A stretch of DNA of 59,629 nt, filler included, from Dirinaria sp. TL-2023a (Eukaryota): assembly GCA_051941275.1 (NCBI GenBank). It is 6 parts of 6 records of this genome, joined end to end, with 100 filler letters (N's around TTAATTAATTAA, not from the genome) between each part and the next. Parts side by side here need not be neighbours in the genome. Positions count along the whole stretch, not along the records: positions 1 to 9,906 come from JAVEBF010000994.1; positions 10,007 to 19,860 come from JAVEBF010000996.1; 4 more parts are not named here. One strand, 5' to 3'. Within the stretch, counting starts at the first letter, position 1. Every line of letters begins with the position of its first letter. Positions 1-10,950 of the stretch are shown here, piece after piece. A program made the position numbers and the translations under genes. The notes beneath the pieces were generated by a model. That model saw only the letters and a program-made list of their open reading frames with translations. It did not search any database and was not told the origin of the DNA.

Positions 1-66
1 GGCTATATACTCTTTACTCCATGACCAAATTCAATTATATACAGCTTTCAGCACATAGCGAATAAG

Positions 67-1515
67 ATGGTGGCCTTTACCGCAGCAGCCACTGGCGATG
101 AGGTCGTCAGGGCCTTTGCCGGCGAGGCTGTTGGCAAAACAGGTGCGTCGAAGGCCCGCCTTGGTGGTTGGAGTCCAGCAAATTCCCAAGCAGCTTGAAA
201 TACTGAGCTTACCTGGACTCATGCAGTCTTAATCACCGGCCCCAGTGAAGGTGGAGTTGGCTCCCAGACTGCAATCTTCCTTGCAGCTGGCAAACCCAAA
301 GAGATCATTCTCGCCGGTCGCAACAGAAGCAAGATTCAACCTGTGATCCAGCAAATCCAACAAAGTCATCCCACTGTCGAGGCGACTTTCACGCAGCTCG
401 ATCTGGCCGATCTATCCTCAGTAAGAAAGGCGGCTAAGGAAATTAGTGAGAAGGTTCAGAACCTTGACGTATTGATCAATAATGCTGGGAGTGGGTCCAC
501 TTTCAGGGTCTCCACCTTTACAGAAGATAATCCTCGCTGATTCAGACGCTAGTCATGGCAGTGAGAGACTATACGACTACCAAAGACGGCATCGAGACGC
601 AGTTCGGTGCCAACCATGTCGGTCATTTTCTGCTAACTAACCTCCTCATGCACAAGCTTATAGCTGCTGGTGGGGGTGCGAGAGTTGTTAATGTGTCAAG
701 TTTCGGCTATCTGGCTGGTGGAGTGCGGTTCGATGATCCAAATTTCCAGGTGGGTGAGCCTGAGCTTCTTTCCAAGCCAGCTTCACGACATGCGTTAGCA
801 ATTCGTCGCTAATAGCCGAGCAGAACGGAGCAGCCTACGATCCTTGGCTTGCGTACGCTCAATCTAAGACTGCAAACATTCTCTTCACGGCAGCCCTTGC
901 GAGCAAGCTGAAGAAGAGGGGAATTCTAGCTTTCTCACTCAATCCTGGTTGTGCGTATTTACCGCCTCTACCCCTCTAGCAAATCATACGGAATATCCTT
1001 CATGGATAGGCTCACAGCACCTCTCAGCTAACACATTTTTGCGTTAGTAATCTTCGAGACCAAACTCATGACGAATGTGAGCCGTGATATGTTTGCTCAA
1101 GGCCATGCAGCGACAGTCAGAGCGCTACATGGAGATCCGATACCTTTCGCCGCCATGAATCCGAAATCTCTCGCTGCAGGCAGTGCCACTCCGCTCTACG
1201 CATGCCTGAATCCAGATCTCACGTGTAAGCCGCATCCTGTTTCTAACATATCCATATCCGTAGAAAGAATTTGAGTTTGTTTGAAATAATATGCTTCAGC
1301 TGCTAATACATGAGTCCAATGTTACTTTTACAGCCTATAATGGCGCCTTCCTTGTCGACTCGGCGATCTGGATCGAGCCTCTGCGTGAACACGCAGTGGG
1401 CGCAGACAAAGCTGAGAAGCTTTGGGTATTAAGCGAGAGACTAGTAGGTGAGAAGTTTGAATATGAGAATACCGACTCTAGAAGGAGAGGAAATTCCCCT
1501 GGTTGCTGGGTTTGA
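67..1515 (+). CDS. Short-chain dehydrogenase/reductase (retinol dehydrogenase/WWOX-like), 6 exons: 67-142, 227-490, 553-749, 824-950, 1048-1224, 1334-1515
   Basis: Spliced translation gives MVAFTAAATGDEVVRAFAGEAVGKT-VLITGPSEGGVG (Rossmann motif), DVLINNAGIMA, QFGANHVGHF, RVVNVSS, catalytic YAQSK and terminal AEKLWVLSERLVG. All introns are GT-AG with phases preserved. Confidence 0.92.
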
Positions 1516-1859
1516 AAGATACCTTGAATCACACAAAGCATGAAAGAAAATTGGGGTAATTGAAACTTTACTTTCCTATTGAGATAAAATCCCCAGCTTT
1601 CGCAATGTGCTGCTGCGTTATATAGGTATGCAGTCCTCATACCACTATGGTGTTCGAATCCCAACAAGGGTTAGAATCTTCGGCGGATGTTTCATACAAA
1701 AGTGGTGACCCTCTCTCACTTGGGCAACGAACAAGTTCAAGGGTTTTGGTGCTTGTTTCTGCGGCGATCTAAATCCTTTGCCTGTGCATGAGATGATTCT
1801 GGCGCTGGACACCCTTCAATGATTCAAAGATATTTGATCGCCTACGGCAGGAATGGAGC

Positions 1860-3175
1860 AGAACAAGCCTTTTTGTTACCTTCTCCAGAGCCCATTTTAC
1901 CTGCGTGCGGCAATTTTGAAGATTTTGGCGAGGGATCCGGTAGCCGGTCAAGAAAACAACCGATCTACATAAGTGCATCCATGACTACAGCACAAGACTT
2001 GGCTCGACGATGGCTTCTCTGTGATCCAATACTCCTCGCCGCCCGTTGCAGGAAAGTTCGGAGTTGATGTGGATGTGAGTTCCAGATGCGAAGGCAGCAC
2101 AGTCGCCTTTGAACCATGAATGACCCGAAGAGACTGATCCCATCGCTCAAGCTAGAAAGCTTCGATGATTACCCGCCATTCAAAGTTTTGTACCTACTCT
2201 TTCTACGCTACTTTACTGAATTCATGTTTCTCTGCCGCCATTTCATCATGCAAGCACAAGAATATCTTTCACAAGGTATGTCTTTACCCTTTCTTGGTCC
2301 CGCCTTAGTATAGCACGCATATTTTAACCAGGTTATTGGTAATATGGCGGGTCATCACCCAAGAAGGCTTCTCTCAGGAGGATCTCAACACGCTTGCAAA
2401 ATCCTTCATCCAATGCGAGACGCCGCAAAGCTCCGAGAGGATTCCATGCGCTCTCAGAAGCTATACGATCTTTCGCATAAATACCAAAGATTTTGTATCC
2501 GGCGTATCCGATTGCGACGCATATCTCCCAAAGGCTGGTAATTGTAGATGATACATCTGGTATGATGATATGATCGAGTGTCACCACCTCGACATCGCTC
2601 GCCACGCGGCTCGCGAATGAAATTCAGAGATACAGACTTGGTGAAAAGCGGTGAGGACCCAAGGCTCACCTACGGCACTGTACATACATCATTCCTGTCA
2701 ACGCTGCTTTGCCCCTTTCAGGGTCTGCAATCCTCTTTAGGTGATGCGAATCCGAGGCACAACGCGGAATCCACCTACTCTAAGCGCCTGAAGTAAACTA
2801 GGATCGAGGTCGGCAAGCTTTGGGTCTCTCTCCTTACCGATGACATGTATGAAGGAGTGGATAACGACCATGAAACTATGAGAGATACAGGTGCAGATAT
2901 GGATCTTCATTCCCTATGGCTCAAACAGGCATACAAGGAGACTCTCAAACCTTTGAGGGAGCATCTGCTGGGACTCCGTAAGCTTCACATTTATTGGAGC
3001 TGGTTCCTGAGTACGAAATTGCTGCCGAGCGAGATATCGTGGATCCCGATTACCATAGTGGAGAAGAAGGAAAGATTCCTCTTGGCTGGTGGCGATCTGA
3101 TGAGAGTCCTCATCTCTCAAAAGACACCGTATGATGCTTAGTTCAGGGAAGGGGAAACCGTCTAGGTACTCGTAA
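1860..3175 (+). pseudogene. Possible degenerate gene remnant (DUF7730-like fungal hypothetical protein)
   Basis: Protein-like fragments in different frames (LQSPFYLR; ILLAARCRKV; LKPLREHLLGLRKLHIYWSWF...YDA) with no spliceable intact model. Family resemblance is recalled, not searched. Confidence 0.25.
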
Positions 3176-4302
3176 TAGGGCCTGCATGTGGTCATGGGAA
3201 CAGCGGTTTCGCCCCACATGATGCCATTGAGGTCATTGGTGCCATCGCCATCCGGAGTGCGCATATGGATATGGGATCGTTTCTTTGCAAGTCAGCTGAT
3301 CTAAAGACGACGCTATGTCGGCACTTCTGAATATCTTTGTGATATGCTATCTGATGAGGAAGTCCAATAGATGTTTCAGGTGTGGCTAGCAGCGGTTTTG
3401 GGTCGTGGATATGGGGATTGGCCATACGAAGCAGTCCTAGCACCTTCCTAGGCTCCTGCAATTACTTCAATATCGCCTTCGATATCCTAATGCGAAAACA
3501 CTCATTTGCCCATCCACAAACTCCAATTATCAGTCATAGAGGTAGGGAGCATGCATTGGCGCTGAGATCCGCGGTGTTGATGTAGCTTCTGCTTCTGTGC
3601 AGCCGCTTGTAGCGTCCAAGGAACTCAAATTGCTATACGACTCTTTCGGTAATGCTAATCGCACGATGCATCGAAAGCATTTTTGCAATGCTTCAATCTG
3701 TCTTTCGATGCAGCACTCAAGGGCCGCTTGATCAGAACGGCAATTGCTTCGTTTTGTGCATTGATTAGATACTTCGCATGAAGCCGTGAGGTCACAAAAG
3801 CGAAAAACTACAAAAAAGTATTACGATATGAGAATTTCTACATTCAATAGTGTCGTTCTGTGTTCAGAACGGAAGATCACTGCTGTCAATGGCCAGATGG
3901 ATGTTCCAAACAGTAGGACATAATGCTTGGAAAAGCCAATTGCAACTTCGAAGCACATTTTGAAAGACGAAAAAGATGCTGATTGTGTAAGGTAGTCATG
4001 AAGCTTCCTAAGACTAGCGGGGGTATTCCGATGATGTCGTAAGAAATTTCTCTCATAAAGAAAGAGTACTATCATGCTGCACCATCAACTCCAGCACATT
4101 GTCTGACTTGAACCTTCATCAGTCAGTAGCCATAGGCTGGCGAATACCGACACTCAACCATGCCCATGTGCCACACGGCACCCAGTACTACGCGACGAGG
4201 TACCTTACCTGCCGCTCCTAGGCCCTCTGAGCCGCATACATCGCTACCATGGTGCACAGTTGATGAGCTTCAACGTTATGCAAGTCCAAGGGTTCACCCC
4301 GT

Positions 4303-4542
4303 CTACTTCTGGCCTTTGTTTCCAGACTGATCATTCTGCTTGGCAGAATCGGAATCGTTGTACTTGGGCAGCGACTGCTTCGAAAATGAAGAAGAGGATG
4401 AGGAGGAAGAAGACTGTCTGTATGGGGGCGGTAGGTTCTCTTCGGTCGGTTTAGCTTTGGGCGTGGATTGGACGTTCCGGTAGGGGTAGTTGGCGTTGTC
4501 GTTTGTGGGATCGTATCGGAATGCGGGGAGACCGAAAGGCAT
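4303..4542 (-). CDS. Small hypothetical hydrophilic protein (79 aa, Ser-tract)
   Basis: ATG in good context (GCCATCATG, A at -3). TATAA-like element on the minus strand near 4791-4795. Composition is protein-like (PPPY motif, poly-Ser). Confidence 0.5.
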   Translation of the reverse strand: MPFGLPAFRYDPTNDNANYPYRNVQSTPKAKPTEENLPPPYRQSSSSSSSSSFSKQSLPKYNDSDSAKQNDQSGNKGQK

Positions 4543-4997
4543 GATGGCTTTGGATGTTTCTAGGAATTGTGAAGGTGGTCGATGGCGGAAAGGGTATCGA
4601 TCAGCTCAGAGACTTTCAAAGCTGAGGCTGGATACTAGGTACGTAGCACTGAAGAGATGGTAGTGATTGAGTTCAAGAAATCAAAGCTAATGAGAACCTG
4701 CACATGAAATGGTATCTGGAGCACTTTGGAGTCTTGTGTGAGATTATTGTACGCTACAATCGGGATGGATAGAGGAGATCAGTACGCTCTTTATAGGCAA
4801 TTGACCATTGCGGGGACGGGGAGACACACGCAACTTTGCTGCCTAAGGTAAAGTACATAGTGCATCATAAGGCTTAGGCATTATTCCGAGAGTAGTCCGA
4901 GGTGGTAGAGTCATAAGGCATATCCTTGTTTCATCCTAGCTTACCTTGTAATAACGTGAGTGCGCTACTCACACTCGCGGTCACTTCGCGTCGAGGG

Positions 4998-5004
4998 TGA
5001 GTCA
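4998..5004. promoter_or_regulatory. AP-1/Gcn4(CpcA)-type site TGAGTCA in the divergent intergenic region
   Basis: Exact TGA(C/G)TCA heptamer; a Yap-type TGACTAA also lies at 5232-5238. Short motifs can occur by chance. Confidence 0.25.
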
Positions 5005-5560
5005 TGGCGATTAAAGTTGGATATTGCTCTGCGTCGGAATTGGCTCAATTACCACGATATACAGACGTGATTGAAGCATAATCGCACATCTCTTGGTTAG
5101 ACATAGCTAAGCAGCATGTCTCGTATCAGCGTGGATTGGCAGCTGAAAGGTGAGGGACATCTTCCAAAGTCTGCTTAGCAATCGTAGTAGCGGTTGTTCA
5201 AATTCAGCCCAACCCTCGGAGTTCGGAGTTCTGACTAAGCACTACTCGATATACTCCGTACTACTGACCAAGATTACATTGGTTTCTTCAGCTACTAGCT
5301 GTTCAGGTGATGGTTCTTCAATCTAGCGCACGCGTTATTAATCACCTTTGGTATGCTCTATGTAAAACGAATTGAATTAATGCAACCCCAAATCGTAGTC
5401 TGACGGCAATTGATCCTAGTACGTATACACTCGGGCGTCTACGTCGTGAAGGTAGCGTACTTTCTATGGATGACCGGCCCAGAGGCCGTCTATCAGTCAG
5501 CATATTGTCAACGCCGAAGCCAGCGAAAGAAAAATTGGAGCTGCTGTGAGGGAGTTGGTG

Positions 5561-8135
5561 ATGAGTCGCCCTAGCCGCCGGAATGGGAAGCAGCAGGCTT
5601 GTGAGCCTTGCCGCATCTCCAAACTCCGATGCGATCATGGCTCCCCTGTCTGCGCACGGTGCATACGCCGCGACTTAAGGTCGTCATGCTCTTATCATCC
5701 TTCGCCCATGACAAAAGGAGGCAAAGGATCTCTTCCGCCAAAGTCACCTCAAGCCGCGACACGACAACAAACAGCTGCCAAAACCAAGGAAACGGCGACC
5801 ATCACAGAAGCATTTCAAGTCTATGATGATCATTATGGAATCTTTTTCTCCAACAGTGAACGTCAAAGTAAGGTATGTGCGGGCTTTCTCGGCCCAACGA
5901 GCTATTCGGCTATATTCTCGGAGCATCAGAGCAACTTGGGCGTCGGCTCGGACGACTGGAGCCAGGAATTGAGGAGCGATGCGTTCCAAGACCCAGGAAT
6001 GCCCGAGCAGTCCAGCCAGTCTCGCACATCCTCCTTCATCAATCTAGGTATAAGAGCTTTGAAACAGCTTCCAGCCCAGAGAATGTGCGAATTTCTTCTT
6101 GCTCGGGTCTTTAAATGTGTCGATTTCGTGTCTTTGCATCAGCCGACTATCGGCCATGCCCACGCATCGTTTTGGTCGACCTACGGCAGCTGTCTCCAAG
6201 AACCTAGGACAGCGGAAAAGCTTAGGGAGGTATCATGGGAGATGTGCCAGAGCAGCAAAATGACGCTGGCAACCAGTCGTACCGCTACCCCACGACAGTG
6301 GTGGGCATCATTCACCGGCCATCAATATCGTTGGGAGATGGTAAGTAATATTCTGTTTTTCACGATCACTCTCGTGGCACTCTTTATTTGATCAACTATT
6401 TCAGGTGTTCCTTCATGATTGCTTGAGGACTCCGACTTAATGAATTGCATGCTTCTACTTTACCCGACCAGAGTCCTCTCCTGAATAGGCAAGAGGCCCA
6501 TCAAGACATTGCTATCCCTCCCATTACTTGCAGCGGAGATCTTTTCGATTAAAACATTCGAACTAATTTCTATCACGCATAACTTCTAGCTGGGTATTCT
6601 TTTTACGGCTTACGGAATATCTGCAATGACGCTTTCGGATTGGGACGAGCAGCTTACAACGCAGCCTGAGTCGACTAACGATAGGAAGAAATTCGGTTTT
6701 CATATGAAGCAGGGTGCCGAAGCTTGCCTCGTTCTATGTGACTATGTCGACGCCTGTAACGACTTAAAGGTCCTACTACTTCACAATACTACTGTTCTTC
6801 AGGGCTACTGTGGTGAGAACGGTGAGTGTTGGCTTATGAAATCACTATCCCCGTACTTATTGCACTTAAGAATACTTGTTGTGGAGGAGGCACGGTAGCC
6901 TCATAGCTGCTGTGACAGCGCTTGGCCTTCATCAAGAGCCCGAGACCAGTGAGGAGTTCCCATTTATCGTTTCCGAGATGCGAAAGCGTCTGTTCATCGC
7001 AATTTACACCCACGACAAACACCAAGCGACCTTTATGGGGCGGCCCCCTCTTCTTAGCCGGCGATACTGCACCTGCGCAACTCTGTTAGACCTAAGTGAA
7101 GAGATAGTCATGGCTAATGAAGAGAATGTTGCATTAGCTCAAAGTAAACTTGATGCTAATGGATGGAGTACATCTGGCGAGGTGTATCCGGCGACCTTGG
7201 CACGAGTAAGGCCTCCACTTTTGTCCTTATATGAATTGCTGACTGTGGGTTCTATGCAATTTTGCTCCTTAGTATGCTCAGGGAGGAAGTCTTAGAAGTA
7301 TCGCTCATGCCATCATCAAAACGCCCCGTCTCGCAAATACTGTAAGCGCTAACTAGACATCTGCACTCTGAGAAGACTGCTCTGATCACGGGTCAGTACG
7401 CTTCGGGACAAATGCGAAGAGACCTATCGGTCCCTACCTCATAGCTTGCACTACAGATCCGAGAACATTGATTCAACAACACCAAAAAGTTTCTGTCGTC
7501 AAGCTTCCTTATATTTAGGTTTCATGTACAGTCGCTTCCTCCTTGACAAAGTCCTAAGTAGTGAAGATGAGCAGCCACTCTTGGATACCGCACGGCTCAT
7601 CCTTGACGCTGTCTTAGCTGTTTGGAAGAGGAGGGATTGTATCTGGGATTATTGCCAGAGTGATCTCGACATTTTCGTCCGTCATATACCAGATTTTCCT
7701 CCAGCTCCCTTGGAGGCGAGTACCCTCGATTCTAATGCTGACTCAATTGTCCAGATTACAAATTGCGGCGTTCCTGCCGCGGGCGCACTTTGCATCGCTT
7801 TACTCAAGCAGATTCAGCCCACAGGGTCCTCGAAGAATCTCAATTTTCACCGCTCAGAAACCATTCAGAACCTAAGCGTCTTCATCTGTTGTCTCGATTG
7901 GGTCCGGCCGACTGACGCTGCATATAATCTGTGCGGGCGAATGCGGAAGATCATAAGTCGAATTCTTGACCGTATTTTGAACCTCCCGCCCGCTCTAGAA
8001 TTAGCCGTCAACGCAGCCGCCGGGTCAAGGATAGAAGAGACGCCAAATGTCACCACGAGTTCAGACGATACGGATTTTTTGGATTGGCTGGACACGATTG
8101 ATTGGACCAAAGGCCCGATGATGGATCTTAGTTAG
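5561..8135 (+). CDS. Zn(II)2Cys6 fungal transcription factor with fungal-specific TF middle domain; exons approx. 5561-6340, 6590-6821, 6871-7205, 7256-7341, 7397-7676, 7755-8135
   Basis: RRNGKQQACEPCRISKLRCDHGSPVCARCIRRDLRSSCSYHPSPMT zinc cluster; ALGLHQE...EMRKRLF...DK..ATFMGRPPLLSRRYC middle region; RSETIQNLSVFICCLDWVRP. The third intron's acceptor is non-canonical (see findings). Confidence 0.92.
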
Positions 8136-9906
8136 CACTGCGCAGAATATTATCTATTCGGACATTCGATATGTTGTCGAAGACTTGAAACCGAGAGACG
8201 CCACGACCATGTATCCATAGCCGCTACTTTGCAGTTGATTTTTTTTTTTCTATGAGCGGCTACACCATCACCTTGCTGAACTCTCGTGTCCTATGGATCT
8301 TCTGCGGTCTCATCGTAATTTCCCTGCCCTTGCTTTTACACTAGCCTTCTACTGAACCCTTGCACTGTGCTCTTCAAATCCTTCTGTTCGAGTCTTGAAT
8401 GCTTCCCCTCTCCCCAAATTGGTAAGGCACGAAAAAAAAAGGAGGAAAAAACAAAAATCAAAGCAAAAGGCAACCTAATCCGACAAGCTGGATATCTTTC
8501 CTTCCCTCAACCAGTAAGCAAAAGCTGATTATTCAGGATTCCAACATACATAGTCCCACCTCGCCGCTCAACGAGATCATGTGTGAACAGCTGAGATGGC
8601 GCAGCGCGGCGCAGCGCGATAAATAATCTACCTCATGTCTTGCATCACGAAACCCCAAAAGAGTCACTCATCTAAAGCTTTACCTTGCCTGAGTATATTC
8701 AATCGTGCCACGAGCCAAGCCACAATTTCAACCCAAGTTTCCCTCACAGTTAAATTCCTCGCTCACTCTATACATAAAAATCCAAACAATGAATTCGTAT
8801 AGGCAAGTGCATATAGAATGTATAATCGTCCATTCATCATATTTTTTTTGTCTGTTTCTCTCTATGGCTCTGTGCAGATAAGAAAAGCTAATTAAACAGG
8901 CCATCTATCCCTATCCAGCCTTTGTGCTTTCCTGTTAGCCTCACATTTCTTTCTTTCTTTCCTTCCTCCCTTCCTTCGTTCCTCTTCATGTTCTCGTCTC
9001 CAACTTCAGAAAATCCTCTAGAATAAGAAAGGGGGAAGTAAGGGAGAAATCAATCCCTCAGGGAACCCCGGATCTGCCCAAAAATCCTTGATTTTTTTTT
9101 TCTCTCTTCTTTCTCTCAAATTCCCCTAAGAAATAAAGCCATGCAAAACTTGCAAAAGCGCAGTCAGTTACTTACTCAATAACTAACTAACTAAGAATCC
9201 CAATCCCGCCATGTATCTATCAATCAATCAATCGAACAAAACCCACATCATTGAGCTCATACACACGCACACACTGAGGGTACATGTAAAGAGGAAACGT
9301 GTTTCCCACGCCTGCCACAATCCTTTATAGAAATTCGGGCGAAAAAAATTCACACATACGCAACATTGAAACCCCCTTTTTGTGCGTCTGTAGAAAAAAT
9401 ACTCAGCCCCTCGAAGACCCCCCTCCAGAGTCCCTCCTATTTACCAACACCTGCTCTTCCCTCTGAGCTTTTCTCAAGAGACACCCAAAAAAAAAAAAAA
9501 AAAAAAAACAATCACAGCCTATCCCAAAAACCCCCTTCAACAATAAACCCATGACGCAAAACACACGCACGCGGAAATCCACTCGTCTATCCTTAGACCC
9601 GCTCATTTATCGAAAAAGAAAAAAAAAGTCTATATAAGACGTTCAAGAACGGCGCTAAGTCATGATATCTAGAGTAGAGTTCTCTTGATAAGATAGATGT
9701 GAATAGTAGATGAAGCAATGGCGGGCGGTGTGCATGGATGGATGATGAGGAAGTCAGAAGAATCGAGAGTGAATAGAGTGGAGTATATAATTAAGTAGTT
9801 AGTAGTTGGTTAGTTAATGTAGGTTTGCACGACTCGCCTTTCGGCTCTTAACGAAATCTATCACTCTTTTTACTTCTTATCTCTACCTTTATGCAGCGCC
9901 CTAGTA

Positions 9907-10006
9907 NNNNNNNNNNNNNNNNNNNNNNNNNNNNNNNNNNNNNNNNNNNNTTAATTAATTAANNNNNNNNNNNNNNNNNNNNNNNNNNNNNNNNNNNNNN
10001 NNNNNN
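9907..10006. other. Artificial contig linker N44-TTAATTAATTAA-N44
   Basis: Exactly 100 nt with stops in all six frames; identical copies at all five joins. Confidence 0.99.
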
Positions 10007-10248
10007 GATTAAGGTATTGATTGAGTAGTAGCTTGCGGCAGCAACTGAACTGGAAGTAGTCTTTTCTTCTCTCTTTTTTTGGAGGGTTTGGTGGAACGTA
10101 AAAATGAACTAGGATTCAGATCAAGACATTGGAAGAAACGTGGGAGAGTATATTCCTTTTAGGGGTAGTTGGTGGTGGTGGTGGTGATATTTACACCGAT
10201 ATTTTTTTTCCCCTTCCCAATTTTCTAATATCCTCTCGCTTCACAGCG

Positions 10249-10950
10249 TCAACAACCAAAAAGATTAAAGTCCATCCTATCCAAAGGCCTCTTCTGCTCC
10301 TTCATCAAGTCCAAGCCTTCCTCCACCCGCTCACTGAGCAGCTTCGCGACTTGCTCCTGCAGCTTACGGTGCGAGAGGACCAGGTCCGAGTAGGATTGAT
10401 CCAAGAAGCGGTACCGCGAGTCCAGCTGGGCGAGCTGGTGCTCCAGCTGTTGCACGTGTTTCTCTTTCCGTTCTCGGAAGGCGCGCTGGGAGGCTCGGTT
10501 CTGTGCGCGGCGACGCTGGGAATTCGGGGTTTGAGTTTTTCGTTTGTTCTACATTTTGAAGAGAGAGAAAAAAAATTGGAAACTAAAGTATATACTTACT
10601 GTGCGCCTGGAATTGGCCTCCTTGTCTAATGTGGTATTGGGTCTCTTTTGCCGCCTGCTGTCCTCATCATGCTGCGCTGCCGTTAGATGGGTACATGCAG
10701 TCTGATGATCGAACGTCGAGCTTGTGGTTTCGATGCTGGAGCCTTCGTAGATCGGAATGACATCGTCGAATAGCTACAAGAACATTGCATGTGAGCATTC
10801 GCAGCGCTTCAGATATCAGATGGCTTCTCCACCGACAGATACTAAGCTTGGACTCGAAGTCGCGGAATCGTCTCCGTAGTCGCAGTAGATAAGCTCAGGT
10901 ACACTCGTCAATGAGGATGGTGAGACGCAGTAATTCACAGCAGATGCCAT
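10249..10950 (-). CDS. Yap/AP-1-like (Fcr3-like) bZIP transcription factor; exons 10950-10843, 10773-10600, 10515-10249
   Basis: Spliced translation contains RRT-RRRAQNRASQRAFRERKEKHVQQLEHQLAQLDSRYRFLDQSYSDL, a Yap-type basic region plus leucine zipper. Introns are phase-0 GT-AG. Confidence 0.88.

Noticed and set aside
8200..9906. Non-coding stretch as an ncRNA or mobile element
   Set aside because: Only homopolymers and short tandem repeats; no tRNA/rRNA signature, terminal repeats or transposase remnant recognised.
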